Shown here piece by piece: positions 1-10,752 of a stretch of DNA of 64,000 nucleotides (position 1 is the stretch's first letter; every line of letters begins with the position of its first letter). The DNA lies in NCBI GenBank assembly GCA_018882735.1, contig VERH01000002.1, positions 1,608-65,607 on the forward strand, given 5' to 3'. The translations under genes were made by a program, and so were the position numbers. Under the pieces are notes generated by a model. The model saw only the letters and a program-made list of their open reading frames with translations, was not told where the DNA came from and searched no databases. Source of the DNA: Candidatus Nanopelagicaceae bacterium (GTDB taxonomy: Bacteria; Actinomycetota; Actinomycetes; Nanopelagicales; Nanopelagicaceae).

Positions 1-922
1 TCTCTGGATCTACTACGCCAACCGCATGGAATTTTTCAGCTTCATCGTTAAGCGCCGGCGCATGTCCGCGCCCCTTCTCGGTGATTGCATGAACTAAGAC
101 CGGACCTTCAAATTTCTTCGCTTGAGTTAGCGCTTTCTCGAGCGCAGCAATGTCATGGCCATCGATTGGCCCTAAGTACTTAAGTCCAAGATCTTCAAAC
201 ATTCCTTGAGGAGCCACAATATCTTTGAGGCCCTTCTTCATTCCATGGAGAGTTTCATAGATTGGTTGTCCAACGACGGGAGTTCGCTCAAGCACTCCCT
301 TGCCCCAATCCAAGAACTTCTCGTAACCTTTAGTGGCTCTTAAAGTTGAAAGATACGTAGCAACGCCGCCGATAGTTGGTGAGTAAGAGCGTTCATTATC
401 ATTTATGACAATGACCAATCTAAGGTTTTCTGATGCAGCAATGTTATTAAGCGCCTCCCAGGACATTCCACCGGTGAGCGCTCCATCTCCAACAACAGCG
501 ACGACCGTCCTATCGGTTATTCCTCGGACGCTAAATCCCCTTGCAACTCCATCAGCCCAAGAAAGCGCAGTTGATGCATGCGAATTCTCAACAACATCGT
601 GTTCACTCTCGCGCCGATTTGGATAGCCCGAAACTCCGCCGCGTTGCCGTAATTTTTCAAAACCGTCTGCTCTTCCGGTAAGAAGTTTATGAACATAGGA
701 CTGGTGTCCTGTATCGAAAATAACTACATCGTGGGGTGATTGAAATACACGATGAATCGCAACCGTAAGTTCAACAATTCCGAGATTTGGTCCAAGATGA
801 CCGCCTGACTTTGAAACTTTATCGATAAGAAATGTGCGGATTTCTTGGGAGAGTTCATTGAGTTCCTCGTCATTCAAGCGCGCCAGATCAGAGGGCGACT
901 TAATTCTCGGCAAGAACTTCAT
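1..922 (-). CDS. dxs: 1-deoxy-D-xylulose-5-phosphate synthase, N-terminal ~307 codons (the 3' part runs off the window start)
   Basis: My own minus-strand translation from the ATG at 920-922 gives [60 protein letters not shown]...[17 protein letters not shown]...VINDNERSY. This is the DXS N-terminus with the TPP-binding GDG...N motif. The frame stays open to position 1. It is absent from the ORF track because it is truncated. Confidence 0.9.
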   Translation of the reverse strand, partial: MKFLPRIKSPSDLARLNDEELNELSQEIRTFLIDKVSKSGGHLGPNLGIVELTVAIHRVFQSPHDVVIFDTGHQSYVHKLLTGRADGFEKLRQRGGVSGYPNRRESEHDVVENSHASTALSWADGVARGFSVRGITDRTVVAVVGDGALTGGMSWEALNNIAASENLRLVIVINDNERSYSPTIGGVATYLSTLRATKGYEKFLDWGKGVLERTPVVGQPIYETLHGMKKGLKDIVAPQGMFEDLGLKYLGPIDGHDIAALEKALTQAKKFEGPVLVHAITEKGRGHAPALNDEAEKFHAVGVVDPE

Positions 923-955
923 AGCGCCTATGGTAACTATTAGCGAAGGAACTCT

Positions 956-3613
956 CTAAGCGAGTAGTGAGCGCAGCACGTACTGCATGATGCCACCGTG
1001 GCGATAGTAATCGGCCTCACCGGGGGTATCGATACGTACCTTGGCCTTGAAGGTCTTCTCGCCAGCCTTGACGCTGACTGTGGCAGGGATCTTTCCATTA
1101 TTTAGCTCGGTAATCCCAGAAATTTCAAATACCTCATCGCCACGGAGTCCAAGGCTTTCTGCGCTCTCACCATCTAGATATTGAAGTGGCAGTACGCCCA
1201 TACCAATCAGATTTGAGCGATGGATTCTTTCAAATGATTCTGCGATCACCGCCCTTACGCCAAGAAGTGCAGTTCCCTTAGCGGCCCAGTCTCGAGATGA
1301 TCCGGAACCATATTCTTTACCTGCGAGAATAACTAATGGAATATTCGCAGCTTGATAGGCAACAGATGCATCATAAATAGTGGCCTGTTCACCATTACTC
1401 AAGAAATTCCTTGTAAATCCACCTTCAACACCATCAAGCAAGAGATTCTTCAACCGTATATTTGCAAAGGTTCCACGAATCATAACTTCGTGATTTCCGC
1501 GCCGAGATCCATAAGAGTTGAAATCTGCCTTTTGTACTCCATGCTGTTGTAGATACTTTCCTGCGGGAGAGTCTGGCTTAATCGAACCTGCCGGTGAGAT
1601 GTGATCGGTTGTTACGGAATCCCCAAGTTTTGCGAGAACCCGTGCACCCGAAATATCGGTTACCGGCTTAGGAGTGCGAGGCATTCCATCAAAGTAGGGA
1701 GGTTTGCGAACGTAAGTGGAGTTCGAATCCCACTCAAATGTTTTCCCGGTAGGTGTATCAAGTGAGGTCCAACGATGATCACCGGCAAAGACGCTGGCGT
1801 AATCACGCTTGAACATCTCAGAGGAAATCACGCTATCTATAACGCCTTGGATTTCTTGAGGCGAAGGCCAGATATCACGAAGGAAGACATCATTGCCTTG
1901 AGAATCCTTACCAAGTGGGTCGCGCTCAAAATCATGATCCATGGTTCCAGCTAAGGCATAGGCGACTACAAGTGGTGGTGATGCCAAGTAATTCATCTTT
2001 ACATCAGGGCTAATTCGTCCTTCAAAATTGCGGTTTCCAGAGAGCACGGCTGCGACCGCCAAATCATTCTCATTAACAGCCTTACTAACTTCGATTGGAA
2101 GTGGTCCGGAATTTCCGATACAAGTAACGCAGCCATAACCAACCAAATTAAATCCAAGCTTTTCCAAGAACGGTGTTAGCCCAGACTTCTCATAGTAATT
2201 AGTGACAACTTTTGAACCCGGCGCAAGGGTTGTCTTTACCCACGGCTTGCTAGCGAGCCCCTTCTCTACCGCCTTCTTAGCAAGTAAGCCGGCACCAATC
2301 ATGACGCTTGGATTAGATGTATTTGTGCAAGAAGTTATGGAGGCAATTACAACCGCACCGTTACTTACAGATCCGGACTTACTACTTACAGTTACCGGAA
2401 TCTCGTTTCTAGAAGATTTATCGCTTAGGTACCCTGGCAAAGAATTTGTAAAAGAACTCTTAGCATCACTTAGCGCTACGCGATCTTGGGGGCGCTTTGG
2501 TCCAGCGATAGATGGAACAACGCTTGCTAGGTCTAATTCAAGATGTTCTGAGTAGCGCGGTGTGGCGCTTGGGTCATGCCAGATGCCCTGGGCCTTTGCG
2601 TAACTTTCAACAAGACTGCGTTGTTCCTGACTTCTGCCAGTTAGCTCCAGATATTTCAAAGTCTCTTCATCAATCGGAAAAATCGCTACCGTCGATCCGT
2701 ACTCGGGTGACATATTTCCAATGGTGGCTCTATTCGCCATGGGAAGGGCGCTAACTCCTGGACCGTAAAACTCAACAAATTTTCCAACGACGCCATGTTT
2801 ACGGAGCATTTCCGTGATCGTTAGAACCAAATCGGTCGCTGTAGTTCCCATCGGAAGAGCGCCCTTCAATTTGAATCCAACCACTCTTGGGATCAACATT
2901 GAAACCGGCTGTCCGAGAAGAGCCGCTTCGGCCTCGATTCCACCGACTCCCCAACCAAGAACTCCAAGACCATTGACCATGGTGGTGTGCGAATCAGTTC
3001 CAACAACTGTATCGGGATAAGCGCGGAGCGTCCCAGAAACTTCACGTGTCATAACCACACGCGCTAAGTATTCAATATTTACTTGGTGAACAATTCCTGT
3101 TCCTGGTGGAACAACTTTGAATTCATCAAATGCGGTTTGGCCCCATCGAAGGAATCGATAACGCTCAGTATTTCGCTGGTATTCGATATCAACGTTCTCT
3201 TCGAATGAAGTAGCGGTACCAAATTTATCTGCGATCACCGAGTGATCGATTACTAATTCGGCTGGGGCGAGTGGATTAACCTTTGTTGGGTCTCCCCCTA
3301 ACTCAGCGATTGCCTCCCGCATTGTCGCAAGATCAACTACACAAGGCACTCCTGTGAAATCCTGCATGATCACTCGTGCTGGAGTGAATTGAATTTCAGT
3401 ATCAGGTTGGGAGTCAGGGTTCCAATTAGCTAGTGCTTTGATCTGGGAGGCGGTGATATTTGCGCCATCTTCTGTTCTCAATAAGTTTTCGAGAAGAATT
3501 TTTAGGGAGAAGGGAAGGGAGGCAGACCCCTCTAAGCCGGTGATATCGAAGATTTCATATTTCTTGCCAGAAACTTCCAGAACGCGCTTGGCCCCAAATG
3601 AATTCTTACTCAT
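956..3613 (-). CDS. acnA: aconitate hydratase (aconitase A)
   Basis: The 885-aa ORF has aconitase hallmarks: [26 protein letters not shown], the Fe-S ligand region [19 protein letters not shown], and the C-terminal swivel domain [10 protein letters not shown]. Confidence 0.97.
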   Translation of the reverse strand: MSKNSFGAKRVLEVSGKKYEIFDITGLEGSASLPFSLKILLENLLRTEDGANITASQIKALANWNPDSQPDTEIQFTPARVIMQDFTGVPCVVDLATMREAIAELGGDPTKVNPLAPAELVIDHSVIADKFGTATSFEENVDIEYQRNTERYRFLRWGQTAFDEFKVVPPGTGIVHQVNIEYLARVVMTREVSGTLRAYPDTVVGTDSHTTMVNGLGVLGWGVGGIEAEAALLGQPVSMLIPRVVGFKLKGALPMGTTATDLVLTITEMLRKHGVVGKFVEFYGPGVSALPMANRATIGNMSPEYGSTVAIFPIDEETLKYLELTGRSQEQRSLVESYAKAQGIWHDPSATPRYSEHLELDLASVVPSIAGPKRPQDRVALSDAKSSFTNSLPGYLSDKSSRNEIPVTVSSKSGSVSNGAVVIASITSCTNTSNPSVMIGAGLLAKKAVEKGLASKPWVKTTLAPGSKVVTNYYEKSGLTPFLEKLGFNLVGYGCVTCIGNSGPLPIEVSKAVNENDLAVAAVLSGNRNFEGRISPDVKMNYLASPPLVVAYALAGTMDHDFERDPLGKDSQGNDVFLRDIWPSPQEIQGVIDSVISSEMFKRDYASVFAGDHRWTSLDTPTGKTFEWDSNSTYVRKPPYFDGMPRTPKPVTDISGARVLAKLGDSVTTDHISPAGSIKPDSPAGKYLQQHGVQKADFNSYGSRRGNHEVMIRGTFANIRLKNLLLDGVEGGFTRNFLSNGEQATIYDASVAYQAANIPLVILAGKEYGSGSSRDWAAKGTALLGVRAVIAESFERIHRSNLIGMGVLPLQYLDGESAESLGLRGDEVFEISGITELNNGKIPATVSVKAGEKTFKAKVRIDTPGEADYYRHGGIMQYVLRSLLA

Positions 3614-3656
3614 ATCCGAATCCTAACCGTGAGAGTTTGGGATCCAAATAATGAAA

Positions 3657-4814
3657 CTAGCCCCTCCTAATGAAGCGCGCCACACTCTCGATGTGCTGGG
3701 TCATCGGAAAGAGGTCAAAGGCCCTAATCCCATCCAAGGCGTAGTCGAATCGCTCCAAGATCTCAGTGTCTCGCGCTAGCGAAGCAGGATCGCAAGCGAC
3801 GTAGATCAAAGTGCGCGGTGAAAGCGCCAGAATTTGGCGAATCACTCGCTCCCCTGCTCCAGATCTAGGTGGATCGATAATCACAACATCGCCCTTAACA
3901 AAACGCTTCAGCTCCCGCTCAACCTTGCCTTCAACAATCTCCACGTTGGAATGGCTAGCAAAATTTCGCTTGGCATCGGTAACTGCGCTGGGCGACTCTT
4001 CAATCATCGTGATTCGCCCGGTTTCGCCCACTATTCCCAACGCAGCACTAGCAAAGAGCCCCACACCAGAATAAAGATCGTATACATGATCACCACTTCT
4101 CAACTCTGCAAACTTAAGGACTGCGTCGGATAGCGTTTTGGGCGAAGCTATATGGCTCTGCCAAAAACTCTCCGGAGTTAGCGAAAACTCGAAACCATTA
4201 ACGCTCTGGTTCACAAGGGTGAAGTTTTCTCGACCTTCTATGGAAACCACTGATTTGCCATCGCTGCCGACAGCGACATCTACCTTCTTTCCCACCGGAA
4301 GTTTCTGGTTATTTAGTTCTGAGATTTTTATTGACGGATGCGCAATCTTGCACTCATCTATTTCAATCAAATTATTACTCCGAGCCTGAAACATGGCAAT
4401 CTTCCGATTATCGGAAACAGTGAATTCCATTCGAGATCGCCAGCCCAGACTCGGCGCAACTTCTTCAACTTCTACATCGATATCCATCTTTGCTAACCGG
4501 TTAAATTGCTCTTTGATTATCTCTGCTTTGTAGTTTCGCTGAGCTAGCGGATCTATATGTTGAAAGTCGCAACCGCCACAACCATCAGGCCTAGCGAACT
4601 TACACGTTGGCAGAGTTCTATTCGGAGATGGATTGATTACCTCAATCGCATCGCCTCGAGCAAAGTTCTTTGAAATCTCAGTTATCCGCACCCTTACTTT
4701 CTCTCCAGTAATTGCATGGCGGACAAAAATCACCCGACCTTCGTGGCGCGCGACAAAATGTCCACCATGGGCGATTGAAGAAATATCGAGAACGAACTCA
4801 TCGCCGACATTCAT
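3657..4814 (-). CDS. TRAM-domain class I SAM-dependent RNA (uracil-5) methyltransferase, TrmA/RlmD family
   Basis: The 385-aa ORF has an N-terminal TRAM-like OB region, a Cys cluster (CKFARPDGCGGCDFQH), the SAM motif DLYSGVGLF, and the catalytic-type C-terminus YVACDP. Confidence 0.85.
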   Translation of the reverse strand: MNVGDEFVLDISSIAHGGHFVARHEGRVIFVRHAITGEKVRVRITEISKNFARGDAIEVINPSPNRTLPTCKFARPDGCGGCDFQHIDPLAQRNYKAEIIKEQFNRLAKMDIDVEVEEVAPSLGWRSRMEFTVSDNRKIAMFQARSNNLIEIDECKIAHPSIKISELNNQKLPVGKKVDVAVGSDGKSVVSIEGRENFTLVNQSVNGFEFSLTPESFWQSHIASPKTLSDAVLKFAELRSGDHVYDLYSGVGLFASAALGIVGETGRITMIEESPSAVTDAKRNFASHSNVEIVEGKVERELKRFVKGDVVIIDPPRSGAGERVIRQILALSPRTLIYVACDPASLARDTEILERFDYALDGIRAFDLFPMTQHIESVARFIRRG

Positions 4815-4877
4815 TTCAACCTCGTTTTCGCGCGGGGATTACTCTCGCCTAAGCCTAAAGGTGTAAATTCTCCCTTT

Positions 4878-5543
4878 GTGCACATCGTGATTATGGGTTG
4901 TGGCCGAGTCGGATCCACCCTCGCGAAGGATTTTCAAGCCCTAGGGCATTCAGTTGCGGTTATAGATCAAGATCGAGAAGCCTTTCGTCGCTTGGGCGCC
5001 GACTTCAATGGATTAACTGTTGCTGGAATCGGTTTCGATCGCGACACATTAATTGAAGCGGGAATCGAAAGAGCAGATGCATTCGCCGCAGTTTCTGATG
5101 GTGATAACTCGAATATTCTCGCTGCTCGAGTAGCTCGCGAGACTTACGGAGTCGATAACGTTGTTGCAAGAATCTATGACCCAGGTCGCGCCGAAATTTA
5201 TCAACGGTTGGGAATCCCAACTGTTGCAACCGTACTTTGGACTACTGATCAGATCATGCGTCGAATCCTTCCTTCTGGAGCAAAATCCGAGTGGCAAGAT
5301 GCATCTGGCAAGGTGCATCTAGCTGAAGTTCAAATTCATCGAGATTGGTTCGGTTATCCGGCCATGTCCATCGAGGAAATGACAAGCGCGCGGGTGGCTT
5401 TCATAACGAGATTAGGCGATGGCATGATTCCTGACGAACATACCGTGCTCCAAGAAGGCGATGTAGTACATGTATTGGTCAACGATAAGGATATGTCTGA
5501 TGTAGTCACATCTTTATCCCAACCACCTAGTGATAAATCATGA
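4878..5543 (+). CDS. trkA: Trk-type potassium uptake NAD-binding subunit (TrkA-N plus TrkA-C)
   Basis: It has a GTG start and the Rossmann motif IMGCGRVGSTLA, and is 221 aa. Its end overlaps the next trkA paralogue by 4 nt (ATGA). Confidence 0.9.
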   Translation: MHIVIMGCGRVGSTLAKDFQALGHSVAVIDQDREAFRRLGADFNGLTVAGIGFDRDTLIEAGIERADAFAAVSDGDNSNILAARVARETYGVDNVVARIYDPGRAEIYQRLGIPTVATVLWTTDQIMRRILPSGAKSEWQDASGKVHLAEVQIHRDWFGYPAMSIEEMTSARVAFITRLGDGMIPDEHTVLQEGDVVHVLVNDKDMSDVVTSLSQPPSDKS

Positions 5544-6199
5544 AGATTGCAATTGCTGGAGCGGGTAACGCAGGACGGGCTATCGCTCGCGAGTTGATCT
5601 CCAACGGCCACCAAGTCCTTCTAATAGATAAGAATCCCAAATCTTTGAAGATGGATAGCGTTCCAAATGCTGAATGGCTACTTGCGGATGCATGTGAAAT
5701 TTCCACTCTGGATAAAGCGGGTTTAGGCCAATGCCAAGTCCTAGTTGCTGCAACTGGTGATGACAAAGCAAATCTAGTTGCATCACTCCTTGCAAAGACA
5801 GAATATGGAGTTCCTCGAGTTGTTGCCCGAGTGAATCATCCAAAGAATGAATGGCTTTTCGACTCTTCCTGGGGAGTTGATGTTGCGGTATCTACGCCAC
5901 GAATAATTGCAGCACTAGTTGAGGAAGCTGTAAGCGTCGGCGATGTAGTCCGACTCTTCTCTATAAAGTCCGGGGAAGCCAACTTAGTTGAGATAACTCT
6001 TCCCGATAACTCGATTTGTATCGGTAAATCAGTCTCCGAGATTGCCCTTCCAAAAGATGCCTCGCTTGCCGCGATCATCCGAGATGGCCATGTAATCGCC
6101 CCTTCGCCTCACGACTTATTTAGCGCTGGCGACGAGTTAATTTTTGTTGCTTCTGCGGAGGCTGAAAGCCAAATCAAAGGCTGCTTCATCGCAAGTTAA
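5540..6199 (+). CDS. trkA: Trk-type potassium uptake NAD-binding subunit, second paralogue
   Basis: It has the motif IAGAGNAGRAIAREL, is 219 aa, and pairs with the preceding gene as in the actinobacterial ceoB/ceoC arrangement. Confidence 0.9.
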   Translation: MKIAIAGAGNAGRAIARELISNGHQVLLIDKNPKSLKMDSVPNAEWLLADACEISTLDKAGLGQCQVLVAATGDDKANLVASLLAKTEYGVPRVVARVNHPKNEWLFDSSWGVDVAVSTPRIIAALVEEAVSVGDVVRLFSIKSGEANLVEITLPDNSICIGKSVSEIALPKDASLAAIIRDGHVIAPSPHDLFSAGDELIFVASAEAESQIKGCFIAS

Positions 6200-6855
6200 G
6201 CTGGGCGTAGATCCTCTCTTAGCTTTGGACCATTCTTTACAACTTGCCAAGTTAGCCAAGCCGCTACTGCAAACAAGGGAAAGCCCATTATCAATCTTGC
6301 TGTTCCTAATAGATTTACATTTCCGGCTAAATAGAGTGGGTACTGAACTATTAAGCGTGCCGCAAATAGTCCCACCCAGATCCATGTTGCTTGTGCATAA
6401 ATTCGACGACGTATCGGATCCTTTCGCCACTTGAAATTTTCGCCAAGTAGCGGTCCGAGAACTAACCCAACGACCGGCCAACGGATTAGGACAGAGAAGG
6501 CATAAGCGGCGCCATAAATCGCATTGGTCCAAAGTCCGGGAAGATAAAAATCTTCTGCCTTCCCGCTGCGATTTGAAAGCCAAGCGCAAAATGCAACTCC
6601 GATAACTCCTGAAACTGCATGCTGGATGGTGTCTCGCTTAACTAAACGGATGACCGTGACGATCATTGAGAAGCCGAGAGCTAGATAAGCAGAATCTCTT
6701 ACATCTTTATTGAAGTTGAAGGCAATCAGGAAGATGAGCGCTGGAGCGCCAGAGTCAAGTAGTCCTTTCTTGCCACCGAAGGCTGCTAGGACTCTCGCTT
6801 TATCGTCATCTTTATCCGGATCTTTATCCGGATTGTGGCTCTCGGAATTACTCAT
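6196..6855 (-). CDS. DUF3159-type integral membrane protein
   Basis: The 219-aa ORF has an acidic N-terminus ([10 protein letters not shown]) followed by multiple hydrophobic helices. Its position between trkA and dut is conserved in Actinomycetota. The family assignment is from memory. Confidence 0.7.
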   Translation of the reverse strand: MSNSESHNPDKDPDKDDDKARVLAAFGGKKGLLDSGAPALIFLIAFNFNKDVRDSAYLALGFSMIVTVIRLVKRDTIQHAVSGVIGVAFCAWLSNRSGKAEDFYLPGLWTNAIYGAAYAFSVLIRWPVVGLVLGPLLGENFKWRKDPIRRRIYAQATWIWVGLFAARLIVQYPLYLAGNVNLLGTARLIMGFPLFAVAAWLTWQVVKNGPKLREDLRPA

Positions 6856-7286
6856 GATTTACCAGTCGATCCAAAACCAGCTTCACCCCTACTCGTTCCC
6901 GGAAGTTGTTCTACTTCTACGAACTCTGCCTGTGATACCTCTTGAATAACTAATTGGGCGATCCGCTCACCACGTTTAATTGAGATGCTCTTTTCTTTAT
7001 CTAGATTTATCAAGATGACTTGAATCTCGCCCCGATAACCGGCATCGATTGTGCCTGGGGCATTGACCATCGAAAGGCCTTCCTTTGCAGCCCTTCCGGA
7101 GCGAGGGTGGATGAATCCGGCAAAACCAGGCGGCAGAGCGATTGCGACTCCAGTCGGAACGAGCGCGCGCTCCATCGGCTTTAACTCTAGATCTACTCGC
7201 GAAAAGAGATCGGCTCCAGCATCACCCGCCTTTGCATATGAAGGAAGTGGGAGTTCTTGATCTAATCGAGTTATGAGAACCTTCAT
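6852..7286 (-). CDS. dut: dUTP diphosphatase
   Basis: The 144-aa ORF has the motifs [21 protein letters not shown] and the C-terminal FGSTG. Confidence 0.95.
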   Translation of the reverse strand: MKVLITRLDQELPLPSYAKAGDAGADLFSRVDLELKPMERALVPTGVAIALPPGFAGFIHPRSGRAAKEGLSMVNAPGTIDAGYRGEIQVILINLDKEKSISIKRGERIAQLVIQEVSQAEFVEVEQLPGTSRGEAGFGSTGKS

Positions 7287-7849
7287 GGGTTTATTTCTAG
7301 CTCTGGCGCTGCCGAACCAAATAGCGTTGCTCGAAAACTTTCTGGGGCATTCTCGATGAAATGCTCTACAGGTACAGTTATAAATATTGCCGCCGCCTCA
7401 ACTGCGACTGGGCCTTCTTCCCCGCCAATTCTTCCTTCTGCGTGACAGTAAATTTTTCGCCCTTCTTGTCCAACTATCTCAGCGGTGATGTAAAGGGTCT
7501 TTCCAACTTGAACCGGCGCCAAAAATGAAGTCTCAAGGCGTCCGGTGACTGCGGGAGCTCTAACTAACCACATTAATTTGCCTAAAGCTTCATCAAATGC
7601 GCAGGAAAGTAATCCGCCATGTGCAAGTCCTGGGGCGCCTTGGTGATGCTCGCCGACGGTGAACTTTGCGGTGATGGTCATTCCCTCTCCAGCGAATGCT
7701 GTCAGATGTAAACCAGTTGGATGTGATGCGCCGCAACCGAAACAATCTTGATTGTGAGAACCAAGAAGTGAACCAGGAGCTGGAGCTTGTGGGTGGCGTG
7801 GTGGAACCGAAACACCCTCAGGTGGAGTGATGCCTAAGCCGCGTGACAT
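7283..7849 (-). CDS. PaaI-family (hotdog fold) thioesterase
   Basis: The 188-aa ORF contains CFGCG...HPTGLHL and the [14 protein letters not shown] core typical of PaaI-like thioesterases. Confidence 0.7.
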   Translation of the reverse strand: MSRGLGITPPEGVSVPPRHPQAPAPGSLLGSHNQDCFGCGASHPTGLHLTAFAGEGMTITAKFTVGEHHQGAPGLAHGGLLSCAFDEALGKLMWLVRAPAVTGRLETSFLAPVQVGKTLYITAEIVGQEGRKIYCHAEGRIGGEEGPVAVEAAAIFITVPVEHFIENAPESFRATLFGSAAPELEINP

Positions 7850-7869
7850 AGTGAGAAGATTACCCTGCT

Positions 7870-8295
7870 ATGCGCGAAGTCATTAATTGGTCAATTCGAG
7901 TCTGGCTACTCTTTATATTTCTAAATGCTGCAATCATCATCTCGGTGGGCGTAGCTCTCTCAGATTCGGCCTTGACGCTCCTCGCACTCGCTCTCTTCGC
8001 TCTTACTTTTTTCTTTTCTTTTAGTTCGCGTCTTCGCTTAATCGCCACTACTCAATCTCTTTCGGTAGGAAAGGCGGAAATAGAGGCCCGTTTCATTAAA
8101 GAGGTTATCCCTTTAAACGAATCTGAAATGAAATATGAGCGTAGTTCTGGTCTAAATCCCCGCGCGTTCCTCGCTCTCAGGTTCTGGGTGAAGGGCGGGA
8201 TGAAAGTTCTATTAGATGATCCTCGCGATCCCACGCCGTATTGGCTCGTGAGTACAAGGCGCGCTAACGAATTCAAAAATTATCTAGGCAAATAG
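7870..8295 (+). CDS. DUF3093-type membrane protein
   Basis: The 141-aa ORF has two N-terminal TM helices followed by the conserved C-terminal DPTPYWLVSTRR motif. It neighbours DUF4193, as in other actinobacteria. Confidence 0.7.
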   Translation: MREVINWSIRVWLLFIFLNAAIIISVGVALSDSALTLLALALFALTFFFSFSSRLRLIATTQSLSVGKAEIEARFIKEVIPLNESEMKYERSSGLNPRAFLALRFWVKGGMKVLLDDPRDPTPYWLVSTRRANEFKNYLGK

Positions 8296-8301
8296 TGAAA
8301 A

Positions 8302-8595
8302 TTAAGCGCAATCTTTACAGACTGCCTTAGCGCCCTCACCGCGAGCAAGTTGGGTATGGTGATGAACCAAGAAGCATCGCGAACAAGTGAATTCATTTTC
8401 TTGACGTGGAACAACCCGAACTGCGAGTTCTTCGCCAGATAAGTCAGCGCCAGGAAGCTCGACGTTCTCAGGATCTTCTTCATCAACATCAATCTGGGCG
8501 GAAGCAATTTCAGCTCGCTTTGCCTTTAACTCTTCGAGTGATTCCTCATGGAGTTCTTCATCCGTTTTTCGCGGGGTGTCGTAATCTGTTGCCAT
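8302..8595 (-). CDS. DUF4193-type small protein with an acidic N-terminus and a C-terminal CxxC...CxxC zinc ribbon
   Basis: The 97-aa ORF starts MATDYDTPRKTDEE and ends FTCSRCFLV...AVCKDCA. Confidence 0.75.
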   Translation of the reverse strand: MATDYDTPRKTDEELHEESLEELKAKRAEIASAQIDVDEEDPENVELPGADLSGEELAVRVVPRQENEFTCSRCFLVHHHTQLARGEGAKAVCKDCA

Positions 8596-8722
8596 CGATC
8601 TTCACCACCTCTCAAAGAAATCTCAACGATTCTGCTGAACCGTCCCTACCTCGGGGCGGATAATGCCCAAACCCAAGGCGCATGTCCTGACCAACGGTCG
8701 GCGTGTCGGGATTATTCCCCGC

Positions 8723-9412
8723 TTATTCGCTCTTCCTTAACGATTCAGACCTTCGAAGACCCTCTTGGCGACGCCATCTCGCAATCTCGCCGTGATTTCC
8801 AGATGTGAGCACCTCAGGAACTTCTAAACCGCGCCAGTTTGATGGCTTTGTGAAGACCGGATACTCAACTTCGCCAATTTCGTTATGTGACTCCTCTAAT
8901 AAAGAGTTTGGGTTTCCAAGCACTCCAGGAATCAATCGCGTTATTGCTTCAATCATCACGAGGGCCGCAACTTCGCCACCATTTAAGACATAATCTCCAA
9001 TTGAGATTTCATGAACTCGAACGCCATTAACTTTTTTGTAATGCTCTGCGACTCGTGCATCTATGCCCTCATATCGACCACAGGCAAAGACCAACTTCTC
9101 GCAACCAACTAATTTGTTGGCTAAGGCTTGATTGAATCGAGTCCCGCTAGGAGTAAGAACAATCAGATCTAGAGCTCCTTCACCGCTCTCTAATTCGGCA
9201 TCAATCGCCTCGCCCCAAGGCTCAGGTTTCATAACCATTCCAGCGCCGCCACCATATGGAGTGTCATCAACTGTTCGATGATTATCGTGGGTGAACTCAC
9301 GGAGATCTATAGTTTTGAAGTCAATCAATTTCGATTCAATCGCCTTGCCAATCAAAGAGAGTTTGATTGGCGCAAAGTACTCAGGGAATATTGTTATTGC
9401 GGTGATCTTCAT
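8723..9412 (-). CDS. trmD: tRNA (guanine37-N1)-methyltransferase
   Basis: The 229-aa ORF has DDTPYGGGAGMVMK, CGRYEGIDARV and SIGDYVLNGGE. Confidence 0.96.
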   Translation of the reverse strand: MKITAITIFPEYFAPIKLSLIGKAIESKLIDFKTIDLREFTHDNHRTVDDTPYGGGAGMVMKPEPWGEAIDAELESGEGALDLIVLTPSGTRFNQALANKLVGCEKLVFACGRYEGIDARVAEHYKKVNGVRVHEISIGDYVLNGGEVAALVMIEAITRLIPGVLGNPNSLLEESHNEIGEVEYPVFTKPSNWRGLEVPEVLTSGNHGEIARWRRQEGLRRSESLRKSE

Positions 9413-9915
9413 ATCAATCCCTCCACATTTCTAACAATAATTTTCCGTGACTTGAGATCAAGTTCTGGGACATGCTTCTTAACAAATGGAATTAGAACTT
9501 CATCTTTTTTACTTGTGCTCTTTACGACCAAAGTGTCTTGCGAGGGAAGTTGCAGTATGTCGACGACTTCCCCTAAATGCTCGCCACTCTCTAGAAATAC
9601 CGAACAGCCCAGAATCTCAGTTACATGAAATTCATCTTCGTCGAGCTCTTCGCGGGACAACTCAACATTGGAAACAAGCAGAACGTTGCGAAGTTCTTCA
9701 GCCTTACTTCTATCTCCTTTACCTTCAAAGGAGAGGAGAATTGTTCCGTTGTGATTTCGGATTGAGGCAATTCGCAGCGGGCCAAGATTTGAGGGCTCGG
9801 TTTCTAGAACTCCGCCAACAAAAAAACGCTCTTCTGGTTTATCGGTCCGAACTTCGATCGTAACTTCACCGCGAACGCCATGGGCGCGCCCGATTCGTGC
9901 TACGACAAGTTGCAC
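9409..9915 (-). CDS. rimM: 16S rRNA processing protein RimM
   Basis: The 168-aa ORF starts VARIGRAHGVRGEV, lies between the KH protein gene and trmD, and overlaps trmD by 4 nt. Confidence 0.9.
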   Translation of the reverse strand: MQLVVARIGRAHGVRGEVTIEVRTDKPEERFFVGGVLETEPSNLGPLRIASIRNHNGTILLSFEGKGDRSKAEELRNVLLVSNVELSREELDEDEFHVTEILGCSVFLESGEHLGEVVDILQLPSQDTLVVKSTSKKDEVLIPFVKKHVPELDLKSRKIIVRNVEGLI

Positions 9916-9924
9916 AGATAAGCG

Positions 9925-10170
9925 CTAGCGCGCTTCGTCCGCCTCGATTAAATCGACGCGAACGCTTCGGCCAGCAAGTGCCGAGACCACGGTACGCAAC
10001 GCTTTTGCAGTGCGACCATTTCTTCCGATGACCTTGCCGATGTCATCTGGGTGGACGCGCACTTCAAGGGTGGTTCCCCGTCGGCCTTCGCGTTCGGTAA
10101 TGACAACCTCTTCTGGGTTATCAACTATGCCTTTTACTAAATGCTCAAGTGCCTCATCAATCATTTTCAC
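9925..10170 (-). CDS. KH-domain RNA-binding protein (YlqC/Rv2908c-like)
   Basis: The 81-aa ORF has the KH motif VIGRNGRTAKALRTV and lies between rpsP and rimM. Confidence 0.88.
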   Translation of the reverse strand: MKMIDEALEHLVKGIVDNPEEVVITEREGRRGTTLEVRVHPDDIGKVIGRNGRTAKALRTVVSALAGRSVRVDLIEADEAR

Positions 10171-10197
10171 TCCGTAACGATTCTGAGCTTTAGGAAA

Positions 10198-10752
10198 TTA
10201 CTCAGCTGAAGTTTCAGCAGGTGTCTCAGCGGCTACTTCCGCAGGGGCTTCTGTAACAACAGCTTCGGTAACAACAGCTTCGGTAACAGGCGCTTCTACA
10301 ACCTCAGCAGCTACTTCAGCAGCTGGAGTCGACTCGACTGGAGTTGTTTTGGCTGCAAGTTTCTCAGCAGCGCGCTTCTTCATCGTGGTCGCGCCATCTT
10401 TAGGCTCGTTCATCGCTGACTTAACAGCGGCTTCGTACGCAACTCGCTTGTCTGGACGAGCTGGAAGAGTCTTAAGAGTTCCCTCGCTTCCAGCAATTCC
10501 CTTGAATTTCTGCCAGTCACCAGTCACTTTTAAAAGTGCCTCTACTGCTTCCGTGGGCTTCGCACCATTCTTCAACCAATGTTGAGCGCGCTCAGAGTTG
10601 ACTTCAATTAAAGAAGGGTCTGAGGCTGGCGAATAACGTCCGATCTCCTCAATCTTCAAACCATTTCTAGCTTTACGGGAATCGGCAACAACAATGCGGT
10701 AGTGCGGAGTACGAATTTTTCCAAGACGTACCAATCTAATTTTTACTGCCAC
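10198..10752 (-). CDS. rpsP: 30S ribosomal protein S16 with an Ala/Glu/Val/Thr-rich C-terminal extension
   Basis: The S16 core reads (M)AVKIRLVRLGKIRTPHYRIVVADSR. I place the start at the GTG at 10750-10752, which is preceded by AAGGAG. The longer track ORF (to 10818) adds a non-conserved leader. Confidence 0.92.
   Translation of the reverse strand: MAVKIRLVRLGKIRTPHYRIVVADSRKARNGLKIEEIGRYSPASDPSLIEVNSERAQHWLKNGAKPTEAVEALLKVTGDWQKFKGIAGSEGTLKTLPARPDKRVAYEAAVKSAMNEPKDGATTMKKRAAEKLAAKTTPVESTPAAEVAAEVVEAPVTEAVVTEAVVTEAPAEVAAETPAETSAE
10247..10306 (-). repeat. about four imperfect tandem 15-bp units inside the rpsP 3' extension, encoding (V/T)VTEA-type pentapeptides
   Basis: The plus strand reads gcttctgtaacaaca / gcttcggtaacaaca / gcttcggtaacaggc / gcttctacaacctca. 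The protein shows VVEAPVTEAVVTEAVVTEAPAE. Confidence 0.8.

Noticed and set aside
6137-6589. A 150-aa minus-strand ORF out of frame with DUF3159, and a 96-aa plus-strand ORF at 6144-6434.
   Set aside because: They overlap the better-supported 219-aa DUF3159 membrane protein frame, and their composition (Arg/Ser/Cys-rich) is not protein-like.
7860-8048. A 62-aa minus-strand ORF rich in Lys/Arg.
   Set aside because: It is antisense to the DUF3093 gene, whose C-terminal conserved motif supports the plus-strand frame.
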